64,000 bases of DNA from Octopus sinensis (Eukaryota). This document shows, in pieces, positions 51,744-63,500 of this stretch. Within the stretch, counting starts at the first letter, position 1. Every line of letters begins with the position of its first letter. The notes beneath the pieces are model-generated. The model was not told the origin of the DNA. It made no database searches and saw only the letters and a program-made list of their open reading frames with translations. The DNA lies in contig NC_043003.1 of NCBI RefSeq assembly GCF_006345805.1, positions 89,962,001 through 90,026,000 of the forward strand, written 5' to 3'. The position numbers and the translations under genes are program-made.

Positions 51744-51834
51744 AATTGGCTGATGAGTGCTCAGCATTTTAAAATTGTTGTAATTCTTACAACATTTAAT
51801 AAAATAATGTAGTACGAAACGATCGTACCAAATT
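51744..51834 (+). ncRNA. Hammerhead ribozyme motif with intact core
   Basis: aaTTGG-CTGATGA-GTGCT...AGTAC-GAAA-CGATCG-TA-CCAA; palindromic stem III ACGATCGT; predicted GUA cleavage after 51827. Confidence 0.8.
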
Positions 51835-52208
51835 ACCGGAGTCATTCTTGTTGCTTATTTTGATTATATATGTATATATATATGTATGTATGTATACTGC
51901 CAGATCTGACTGGCCTGGTGCAGCCTTCGGGCTCCCCAGACCCCAGTTGAACCGTCCAACCCAGGCTAGCATGGAAAGCGGACCTTAAACGATGATGATG
52001 ATGATATGTATGTATATGTACATGTATGTATATGTATATGTACATGTATGTATATGTATATATATACATGTATGTCTATGTATATATATGTATGTATATA
52101 TATATATGTATGTATATATGTATATATATGTGTATATGTATATGTATTTAAGTATATGTATGTGTATATGTATATATATATGTGTATATATATGTATATA
52201 TATATATG

Positions 52209-52240
<32 letters not shown>

Positions 52241-52254
52241 CGTATATGTATACA

Positions 52255-52291
<37 letters not shown>

Positions 52292-52429
52292 CGTATATGT
52301 ATACATATATATGTATATAAGTATCTATATATATGTATATATATATACACATGAATATGTATATATATATATATGTATGTATGTATGTATGTTGGTATGT
52401 ATGTATATACATATGTATATATATATATG

Positions 52430-52697
52430 TAAATAAATAATTAAATGGAGTTAAAGGCAGGTGTTATTCAAATTCTTTTACTTCCGACATGTTTCAAAGA
52501 TATCAATATACATATCCATCATTTTCTGTTAAAATGTCTTATTGGCGAGTTTCATTTCTTCACTTCTATGAAGAGAAGATTACATTGTTTTACACCAATT
52601 TATTCCTTTGGAATAATATCAGTGATATGTTCGAAACGTGTCGGAAGTAAAAGAATTTGAATAACACCTGCATTTAACACCATTTATTTATTTATTT
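52430..52697. repeat. Inverted-repeat element containing a degenerate hammerhead motif (52562-52648, +)
   Basis: ~65-bp inverted arms (52430-52495 / 52633-52697); ACTTCT-ATGAAGA-GAA...TTC-GAAA-CGTG-TC-GGAAGT. Confidence 0.7.
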
Positions 52698-52920
52698 ATA
52701 TATATTATGCAATAAATTTCACGTAAACCCGAAGTTTCTACCTTTAAAAACAAGGAGTTACAACCTTTTTACTTGTGTGATTTTTTGCTACCCTGGTAAT
52801 TATTGTTAACAACGGAAAAATACACACATCTTTTTTTATATATGTATATATATATATGTGTGTGTGTGTGTATGTATATATATGTATGTGTGTGTACATA
52901 TATGTATATATGTACATGTT

Positions 52921-52984
<64 letters not shown>

Positions 52985-53061
52985 TATATGTATATATGTA
53001 CATGTTTGTATATATATGTGTGTGGTGTGTGTGTACATATATGTATATATGTACATGTTTG

Positions 53062-53096
<35 letters not shown>

Positions 53097-53139
53097 ACAT
53101 ATATGTATATATGTACATGTTTGTATATATGTACATGTT

Positions 53140-53189
<50 letters not shown>

Positions 53190-53278
53190 ATATAATATAT
53201 TATATATATATATATGTGTGTGTGGTGTGTGTGTACATATATGTATATATGTACATGTTTGTATATATATATATATAT

Positions 53279-53952
53279 TGCATTTAGTTTTGCATGCTGA
53301 TAGCACAAAGCTTGAAACTTTTCAGCATTGAACTGCATGCTATTCTTTTCAGCCCACTTGTATATTTTGTCCAGCTCACATTGCAGGTGCTTAGTGTCTT
53401 CAGGGTTCTGTATTGCCTGTGAAGCTTTTGTATCATCTGCATAACTTGTGATCGTGGCTCTCTGCGTGGCTGAGGGCATGTCTTAGAGAACCATTATGAA
53501 CAGTAGTGGTCCCAAAACAGTGCCTTGCGGAACACCGCTCACTATTTGTGTATTAATGGAAGTGGCCCCATTGGCTACTACCACCTGGCTTCTATCCTTC
53601 AGAAAGTCATGAAGCCATTCTCCCAATTTTCCAGCTATGCTAAGATCATGCAGTTTGTGACATATCATTCCATGATCAACTTTATCAAAGGCCTTTGCAA
53701 AGTCAAGATATATGACTTCCACATTTGAGTGGTTGAGCAGTTGTTTCATCACCCAGTCATAGTGTTGTAGGAGCTGAGTTAGTCAGCTTCTTCCTGGTCG
53801 GAAACCATGTTGGGTGTCAGGCAGCAAGTCGTTTTCTTCAAGGAAGGTGATTAGTTTCCTTCTGACTATTCGTTCCATGAACTTGCTGATGTGTGAGGTC
53901 AGAGAGATAGGTCTGTAGTTCTTGGCCTCCACTCTGCTACCTCCTTTATGAA
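53279..53952 (-). mobile_element. Duplicated internal RT fragment of the same CR1-group LINE, bounded by (TA)n
   Basis: Highly similar to ~55253-55923 ([10 protein letters not shown]...FAKAFDKVDH...YADDTK...KFQAL); both ends abut TA microsatellite. Confidence 0.9.
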
Positions 53953-54145
53953 TATATACATATATATATGAATATATACATACATATATATACATATATA
54001 TATATAATATATATATATACATATATATATATACATATGTGATATATATATACATTATATATATATAATATATATATATACATATATATAATATATACAT
54101 ATATATATCCATATATGTATATATATACATATATATACATATATT

Positions 54146-54199
<54 letters not shown>

Positions 54200-54348
54200 T
54201 TACATATATATATACATATATTTACATATATATATACATATATTTACATATATATACGTATATTTACATATATATATATATACATGTATTTACATATATA
54301 TATATATTTACATATATATATATATATTTACATATATGTATATATATT

Positions 54349-54389
<41 letters not shown>

Positions 54390-54422
54390 CATATATTTAT
54401 TTATATATATATTTATATATAT

Positions 54423-57400
54423 GATTGATTGATTGATTCTAGTTTCAGCTTATGAGCTGTGGCCATGCTGGGGCACTGCCATTTGGTGTTGCTACTTGGT
54501 TTCACTTCATGAAGGCTTTCTAGCAACTGCTATTTGGTGCATGAGAGAGTTCGATGCAGCTGCCCTCATCTGCCCCTCCTGCCGTGAAGTTGGTTCATCT
54601 GGGACACCTGACAGGAAGAGATCCAGCTTCATTTTAAAGACATCTGTATCCACCCCATGCAGGTCTCTCAGGTTCATCGGGAGGATATTGAAGAGCTGTG
54701 GGCCTCGGAAGCCCAGGCTATCACAGAATCTTGTCCTACATCTTGATGGCAAGTTTGGAGTCCTAGGCACCACGCAGTGGCGCCCAGTTCTGACATTTGC
54801 GTAACTCTCGATGCCAAAGTTGAGGACACTTCCCTCCAGGATCTTCCAGATGTATATTATGGCATATCTTTCCCGCCTACGCTCCAGGGAATATAATTTT
54901 AATTTCTTGAGTCTTTCCCAGTAGCTTACATTCTGCATAGAGGTATCTTCTTCGTGTAGCTACGTTGGATCGCCTCGAGCTCTGTGATCAACTTGACACT
55001 GGATGGTGACCATAAAACTGAGAGCAGTAGTCAAAGTGGTAGGACAAGTGTCCTCCAGAGGACCATCATGGTTTCTTGTTCTCTTGTTCTAAAGGTTTGA
55101 GGATCCATCCGGCCAGTCGTCTACATTTCATTGCCAATTTAGCAACATGTACACGAAAGGTCGCGTCATCACTCATGTAAATACCTAGGTCACGCACTGA
55201 TTGTGCCTCTGGGATTGCTATTCCTCCGGGTCCAGTGTATTCATTGGGTATTGCATTTAGTTTTGCATGCTGATAGTATAGAGCTTGAAACTTTTCAGCA
55301 TTGAACTGCATGCTATTCTTTTCGGCCCACTTGTATATTTTGTCTAGCTCACATTGCAGGTGTTTTGTGTCCTCAGGGTTCTGTATTGCCTGTGAAACTT
55401 TTGTATCATCTGCATAACTTGTGATCGTGGCTCTCTGCGTGGCTGAGGGCATGTCTGAGAGGGCCATTATGAACAGTAGTGGTCCCAGAACAGTGCCCTG
55501 CGGAACACCGCTCACTATTTGCGTGTTAATGGAAGTGGCCCCATTGGCCACTACCACCTGACTTCTATCTTTCAGAAAGTCATGAAGCCATTCTCCCAGT
55601 TTTCCAACTATGTTGAGATCACGCAGTTTGTGACATATCATTCCATGATCGACTTTATCAAAGGCCTTTGCAAAGTCGAGATATATCACTTCCACATTTG
55701 AGTGGTGAAGCAGCCGTTCATCACCCAGTCATAGTGTTGTAGGAGCTGAGTTAAACAGCTTCTCCCTGGTCGGAAACCATGTTGGTGTCGGGCAGCAAGT
55801 CATTCTCTTCAAGGAAGCGTGCAGCTTCCTTCTGACTATTCGTTCCATGACCTTGCTGATGTGTGAGGTCAGAGAGATAGGTCTATAGTTCTTGGCTTCC
55901 GCTCTGCTACCTCCTTTATGAATGGGGCATATTTACCTTCCTTCAGTTTTCTTGGGAGTTTGCCAGCTGCAAGGAAGCTCTGAAAGAGGAACTGCAGTGG
56001 TCTTGCTAGGACTCTCTTACATGCTTTTAGGAGGATTGCCGGGAACCATCGGGGCCAGTAGCTGAGTCTGTTTCATTTCATCTATAGCCTTGATTACATC
56101 GTCTTCCTTTATATCGATGTAATCTATCGTCGCCGCCTCTGATTTTATATCTGCAGTGGTAAAAAAGTCAGTTGGATTGGTGATTTGGAGATGCCCAAGG
56201 GGTGGAGTGAAAACACTCTTGAATTGCTCATTCAGTATTTCACTTACCCTCATTGGTTTTCCTGTAAGTGTGCCATCCTTTTCGATGAGTGGCCCTATTC
56301 TACAGTGCACCGTAGCTGTTTCTTTGGCATACCTGTAGAAAGCTCTGGGGTTAGATTTTATGTTGTCTATAGCCCAGGCTTCTTTGTCTGCTCTTTCCTT
56401 TTCATGGGAGAGTTTCATACATTTTTCGATTTCCAACAGTTTTATTTTTAGGCGGGACTTTTCACTGCTTTCAATCTGTTTGTTTAGGCGATTTGAAAAT
56501 TTTGTACGCCGTCTCATTAGAATTTTCCTCTCTCTGGGGATTTTGTTCTTGTGTACAGTGGCCTTTCTCTCTGGGACATATTTGTAGCATATGGCTTGCA
56601 TTACAGACATGAATTGTTGAAGTTTCACGTCGATGTCTGGCGAGGGAGAGACATTTAGGCAGTTTTGTTTGAGGATCTCTTCCTCAATTGTTTCCAGTTT
56701 GCCTTATGGTAGTTCAAGCTGGAAAGATTCTGGGGGTTTCTTGTAGGCTGCATGTCCGTGCTCTTTTTGGCCCGTACATGGTCAGCTCTATCATGTTGTG
56801 ATCCGAGAGTAGTGTCGGTGTCACTTCACATTATGGATGAGATCCATGTCATTTGTGAAGCAGAGATCCAGTGTGTTACCTGCCCTGGTTGGTTGGAGTA
56901 TTACCTGCTCCATGTACAGGGTGTTGATGAGGTTCAGGAGGGACCTCGCCTGTCCTCATTCACATCTTGTCATTCCTGGGAGAGAAAGGCCCTCGGGCCA
57001 TCTGACATTTGGCAGATGAAGTCTCCCATAACAGTACACTTATGTGGTTTGTTCTAACGTGGTTAGAACTTCTTCTATTTTTATAAGGCAGTCTTCAAAC
57101 TTGCCCACATGGCTTGGGGCATCTGGAGGGCGATATGTAACAACACAACTACATCAAGTTGCCTAATATGTACAATTAGTGTGTCAACACCGAGTTTGAG
57201 TATGACAAGAGGACCTGGGGTGTGAGGTCCTCACGGATGTACATAGCAACACCTCCATGACTCTTTCTTTCCTGTCGGTCCGTAGTACAGCATACTGTGG
57301 TATGTGTAACTCCGCATCTGCTATATCCGTTTCAGGTGCGTTTCCGTTAGTGCTATGCATAAGCTTGATTGCATGCAACAAATCTCTCAGGAACGGGGGT

Positions 57401-58304
57401 TTTGTCCTGTTACTGAGTGTTTGCAGTCCTCTGATGTTCAGTAGGAGCATCGAGGTGAGGTGTACGTTGTTGCCGGTGGTGTCCATCCGGGTCTGTTTGC
57501 TGTGGTGGTGGTCTGGTATATAGTGGGGTAGTCCCACCTGCGGGCTTGGGTTTGATGAAGCCAGGTCAGCTGCTGTACAATCTTTTGTGCCATGCACAAA
57601 AAAGATTGTTGCTCAGCACTGCCCTTTCGACAACATCATGTTGGTGGTTTGTGGCACGCACAACATCTGCGTACCTCCGCTTTGGGGCAAGTGGTGCGTG
57701 GTCCATCCCTTTTCCTTGTGTTGATGGTTTGTCCATCTGCCTCGTGTCTCTGTGGCAGGGTCCCCGATGTGCAAAGCGCAGCCTGCACCTTCCTTCCATG
57801 CCAGCAGGAACCTCTCAGGTAGAACTTACACACCCGTGTGCGCTGTTTGTTTCCATCTTTGCGGTTCCACTTCTATTCCTGGTTTTTCCACCCTTTGGTC
57901 CTGCTTGAGCTTTTCCTTTAGCTCTACCAGCCCTTCCTTTAGTTTCTCCTCCTCCTCTACCTCTTTCACCGGGTTCTCGTCTCCATGGCCTTTGCTGCCG
58001 GTTGGAGAACTTGCACCTGGGTTCACTTCCCGGCAGGTTTCTCATTCAAAACCTCCTCCCGGCATCCACCAGGTGGGGGTGACTTCTTTCATCGTCTCCA
58101 TTCTTGTCATCTTTGCCCCGCTCGTTCTCAAAGATGGCATCAAATGCGCCAATGTGCGACCGTACAAGCGCATATGAGCGCACGAATTCCCGTCTCTTTC
58201 GCTCCATCTGAGCCGCTGTCCTCTTGTAGCCTCTGCTCTTCAGCGCAGCCGCAATCACCTCGCTAGGGCTATCTCCGCCGGCGCACCCCCATGCTTGTAC
58301 GAAT
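54423..58304 (-). mobile_element. Near full-length CR1-group LINE (ORF1 with CCCH-like finger, APE endonuclease, RT, 3' UTR, (AATC)n tail)
   Basis: RT motifs YLDFAKAFDKVDH, SGVPQGTVLGPLLF, YADDTK and LYSLERRRERY; EN-like LLNIRGL...RTDR, GDF, SDH; the tail appears as (ATTG)n at 54423-54436; the 5' end runs into the N gap. Confidence 0.92.
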
Positions 58305-58404
58305 NNNNNNNNNNNNNNNNNNNNNNNNNNNNNNNNNNNNNNNNNNNNNNNNNNNNNNNNNNNNNNNNNNNNNNNNNNNNNNNNNNNNNNNNNNNNNNNN
58401 NNNN
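58305..58404. other. Assembly gap (100 N)
   Basis: Run of exactly 100 N; probably a placeholder of unknown true length. Confidence 0.99.
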
Positions 58405-58405
58405 A

Positions 58406-58449
<44 letters not shown>

Positions 58450-60151
58450 TGTATAGGTCTATATGTATACATGTATATGTATACATATACATATATATGT
58501 ATAGATGTATATGTATACATGTATGTGTAGATGTATATATAGATGTACATGGAATATGTACACATAGAGATACACATATATACATGCATATAAATTATGG
58601 CGGCGAGCTGGTAGAAACGTTAGCACGCCAGGTGAAATGCATAGCTGTATTTTCTTTGCCGTTATGTTCTGAGTTCAAATTCTGCCAAGGTTGACTTTGC
58701 CTTTCATCCTTTCGGGGTCGATTAAATAATTACCAGTTACGTAAAATTATGAAACAGGTCTGTTGATCCCAAATTCTTTGTAAACTAAATATATCTCCTT
58801 CTGTGTATATATATACTACCAAAATATGATTTTTTTGAACTTATAATTTTCTGTGTATATATATAGATACTTCCAAACAAACATGATTTCTAATGAAATC
58901 CTAATATTTTTTATGAACTTTTTAATAATTTCTCAAGATTTTTTCTGTAAACGGTTTTTAACATGTTCTTATTATTATCAAAGAATGTATATATGTATTG
59001 TAATATTTTGTGACAACCAGTACCTAACACAACAAAGCTTTTTTATGTTACTTTTGACAATCTTTTTCTAAATAAGTGAAACCGGTCAAGTGAATAAACA
59101 TCTTTTAAATTTCATTTTCAAACCTTCTTTCATATATATATATATATATATATGCAGACACATATACAATAAGCTTCTTGTAGCCTCTGTCTATGAAATC
59201 TACTCACAAGGCTTTGATTCACTTGAGGCTATAGTAGAAGATACTTGCCCAAGGTGTCATGCAGTGGGACTGAACCTGAAATCATGTGATTGGGAAGTGA
59301 ACTATTTCACTGCATAGCCATGCCAATGAATGTGTAATGTCTATCTGTCCCATAAACTTGTGTGATGAAAAATCATTTGTTTTATCATTCCTGATTAGAG
59401 CTACCTATCAATGGAGTGGTCAACCCTATTGTTCCCAGTATATTTGCAATCCTGAAAGGTGGAAAATAAGCAGAGGCATGTTACAATTGCAAGACTACTT
59501 CAAAGGTGAAACAAGAACACCAGCAGTGAGTTTTGAATTTCATGAAACATGAGCTGTATATATAATTTAATATTTTGTCAACACAACCATTTTTATCTGA
59601 AATGGCTCCGGACAGAAATAGGAGATAAAATAATAAAATAGATTTAGTGTTAAATAAAAGTTATGTTTGTTATCTGTTGAGAAGGCTGTGACTTTCATAA
59701 GTGCCATTCATTGGAATCCTTTCCTGCATGTATTAGTGTGCATATGTGTTTGTGTCTGCATTGATTCTATTGGCCACTCAGTTATAATGATTAAGCATCA
59801 GAGGAACAGAGCATTTCTTATGACAAATCAAGAGATGTGTCATCAAAAACAAATAAGCTGAGTTATAAAAATAACAATAAAACAAAGAGAAGAGAATGAA
59901 GCCTATCCACAGCAGCAAGTTGTTTCCATACCAATCATTAATTTATAGTTTTTTGTTGTCAGTATTGCAGTGATACAATCTGACTAATATAGGGTCCCCA
60001 GAATAATTATCTCCACTTCCCTTATTACTTGACACTAACACTTTTGTTGCTTTCTGTTTTTCTTCTTTAGCCTATTCTTTATGTTTTCTTTGTTTAGTTG
60101 TATTTAAAAAAAAATTAAAATATTCTTTTTATTTCCTACTGGCAAAAAAGA

Positions 60152-60554
60152 TTGGATCTGTTCAGTTTTACTCATAGATCTTTTAATTATTTGTTTTAAC
60201 TAAACAGTTTGAAACTTTGTATACTAGTGTAATTTCTCATGCTCAACACGAGAGAACAAAAAAAAAAGAAGGGTTTATGCAACAAAAATAAAATAGAAAA
60301 GAGTGGTGACATTTAGTAGAGATTACCCGGAAGTTGTTCCTCTTCAATTACCATCGCAAGCAGCAGTAGATTTCTTCAAATGAATACATGTTGATTGGTT
60401 AAAATTACCCAAATACAACTTTAACACGAAATAACTTCTAAAATCTGAAATTTTGTCAAAAATATTGAAAGTAAACTGTGTTGAGTGTGAGAAATAACTG
60501 TTTAGTTAAAAAAATATAATTAAAAAATCTGTGAGCAAAACAGAACAGATCCAA
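60152..60554. mobile_element. MITE with ~90-bp terminal inverted repeats
   Basis: TTGGATCTGTTC.GTTTT.CTCA.AGAT...AACTAAACAGTT...TTTCTCA..CTCAACAC at the left end is mirrored at the right end. Confidence 0.75.
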
Positions 60555-63500
60555 AAAATTAAAAGTGTTGGTTGCACTACAACTTCTGGTGAAATCATAG
60601 GAGTGTCACATTGGAATATACAGTGTGCCTTGGCCAGTTTTAGATATGACTGAGTCTATTCTTCTTTAGGGTCTACCACACACCTGATTTCTTCCATAGA
60701 CACAGATAGAAAATACAAAAAAAGAAGAGTGAATCCTAATGATAGGACTGGTACTCTATCAACGTTCATCATCATCATAATATAGCATCTGTTTTCCATG
60801 CTGACATGGATATGATGGTTTGAATGGAGCTAGTAAGCCAAAGAGCTGCATCAGGTTCCATTTGTCTATTTTGGTTTGGTTTCTATGGCTTGATGCTCTT
60901 CTTAATGTCAACCACTCCATAGAGTATACTGGCAGTCTTTTACATGTCACTGGCATGGTTTTCCTATCATGTATCACTGGCATAGGTGCCTTCCATGTGT
61001 CACTGCCACAACTATAGTTAGTTTGACATGTCATCTCAAGTATAGCAAATCACCAGAAATCTGTTACTGCTTCCATGAGACACAACATCTGAAGAACTTG
61101 GAAGAATAAATGCAAAGTTGAACACTGCAGCATTTGAATGTAGTGCAGAGAACCAGAATAAATGCTGCAAGGCCATCTAGTTGATGCTTTAACAACTCAG
61201 CCAAATTACCAGTTGATAATGTTTACAATTAGGAGGACTGAAACTTTGAGAATCAAGTGTTTTTCACCAGGAATGTAGCTAAGTACCAATGATGGAATAC
61301 TGTTGATTCAGAAGTTGCTACCTCAGTGACTTGGCTAGTTGTGACTATCTAATGTTTACAGCTTCTAGTTAAGTAGTCTTATGTTCTGAGTTCAAATATT
61401 GTTGTGGTTACCTTCAACTAGGGTTGATAACATAGGTATCAGTCAAATACTGAAGTCAATTCAATTCCCTGACCTTGAACACCACAAAATTTGTGTCTTT
61501 ATTCATCATCATCATCATTTTAATATACACTTTTTCCATGCTTGCATAGGTTGGACAGAGTTATTGAGGCAGATGTCTTTCCCAAGGTGCTATACATTGG
61601 GACTGAACCTGAGATCACTTGGAAAGCAAGCTTCTTATCGAACCCAATTAATTTTAATTAATAAACCGTCTGCTCCTCTCTTGCCTATCTTTTATTACTA
61701 TATTTATGTTGAAATACACTACCATTGATTTGATTTAATTTTGAAAATATTGAAGAATTTAGTACCACAGTCATAAATTAAACAAATGTATACATAAATC
61801 TAAGAAATTTTGATGTAAAGTTTTAACTTAGGTCACTTTAAAGCTGGAATTTAAGTTTGTATCATAGAACCAGAGGTGGTTTCAGGCAGGTTGAATGTCA
61901 AAAGGGTTAAACAACAACAAGAAGTAAAATGTAAGATCTTGTTTTATTATCTCAAATAAAACTGTGTAACAATAATAATGGGGAGGGAAAAAGAAAACAT
62001 TAGAAACATAAAAAAAAACCAAAAGAAAAACCGAAATGAGCAGAAGTTAAAAAGAAATATTCCACATTAAAATGAAATGGATATTAAAACGAAATATTGT
62101 ATCATGCATTAGTTACTGTGTTTATAGTTACACATTAATTCTGCAGTTTGCTGCTTTTGGTTGTATTAATGTTGTGACACCAATCAACAGAACTATGGCC
62201 ACATCATGCAATCACAGAAGGCATATAAAGTTTAAGTATCAATGCAACCAACAGTTGTTGCTAGCTTAGCTCACATCTCTCTCAACACATCAGCAACACG
62301 ATCCTGTATAACAAATGTATACATAAATCTAAGTTTTCAACAAAATCATTCAGCAATACACACATACGTGTACACACTCATATACACATTAATCTCCAGA
62401 AAAGAAATATACATACATAATGTATTATATATGTATAACTATTGTGAGTTTTTAGAGTTAGGCATTAAGCCTTAGGCAAGTAGAGTTGTTTTGTAAGGAA
62501 GCAGTGTAAGGGTCACAATACAATATGGACATTAGTAATGTTTGACACCTTACCTGCTTCTTCTAATGTTAACATTTCTTTTTAAAGAAAACAATTAATG
62601 CCTGTCTGCCATGCTCAATGTAATTAATTAATTAGTCATGCTACAAACAGCCAACTTATCACAATAAATATATAAGAGAAGATGCAGCCATGTATAATTG
62701 CTGACATCATAATTGTCACCACCACCATCATTATAATCGTCAACACAACGCTTTTGTTACTCCAATCGAATGATTGTTCAAGCAACAAGTTTCATTGCAT
62801 ACATACATACATACATGCATGCATACACATTCATGGTTTTGATATTGTTAAATTTTCCAAATATATTTTTATTTATGTAGAAATTATCATTGCTTATATT
62901 CCTTTCACCATTAGCATAATTATCACAATAATAATCATTAATACCACTATTCAAATAATTAAACAAACAAACAAGCAGTTCACAGTTTTTACTAAAGTTT
63001 CAAACCCAAGGAGAATTGCCAAGATACTCAGTATTGTCAATGACTGGTCTGGTATTGCCATCTTCACATCAACCACTCAGAAATAACAACTGTCAGACAC
63101 CAGCCTAGATAGTACTGTTATAAACACACATGCACGCACTATATACAGACATATATATTGTGTGTGTGCATATGCACACACACACACACACATAAAGGGT
63201 TTCAACAAAGCTACTAAATTATGCAATGCAACTTTTTTAATAAGCATTTTCAGTCTATTTGCAGTCTGCACATTTAATAACAGTTTATCTCATTTGAGAA
63301 TGATTAAATCTCCAAACTGCAAGAGACTATGAACATTCACATCACATATGTATGTATATATATATATATAAATACATATATATGTCAACTGTACAATTAT
63401 ATTTGTTCTTGGTAGAACAGCAGCAAAAAATTCAACTCAAAACCTCTTTGTATTTAGACCAACCATGGAAACACTTGGTAAACTTTTTGTTTTCACGATA

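Noticed and set aside
60060-60780. Polypyrimidine/AG sites (60070, 60669) as the terminal DLG5 exon
   Set aside because: In-frame translations show no GK C-terminal features.
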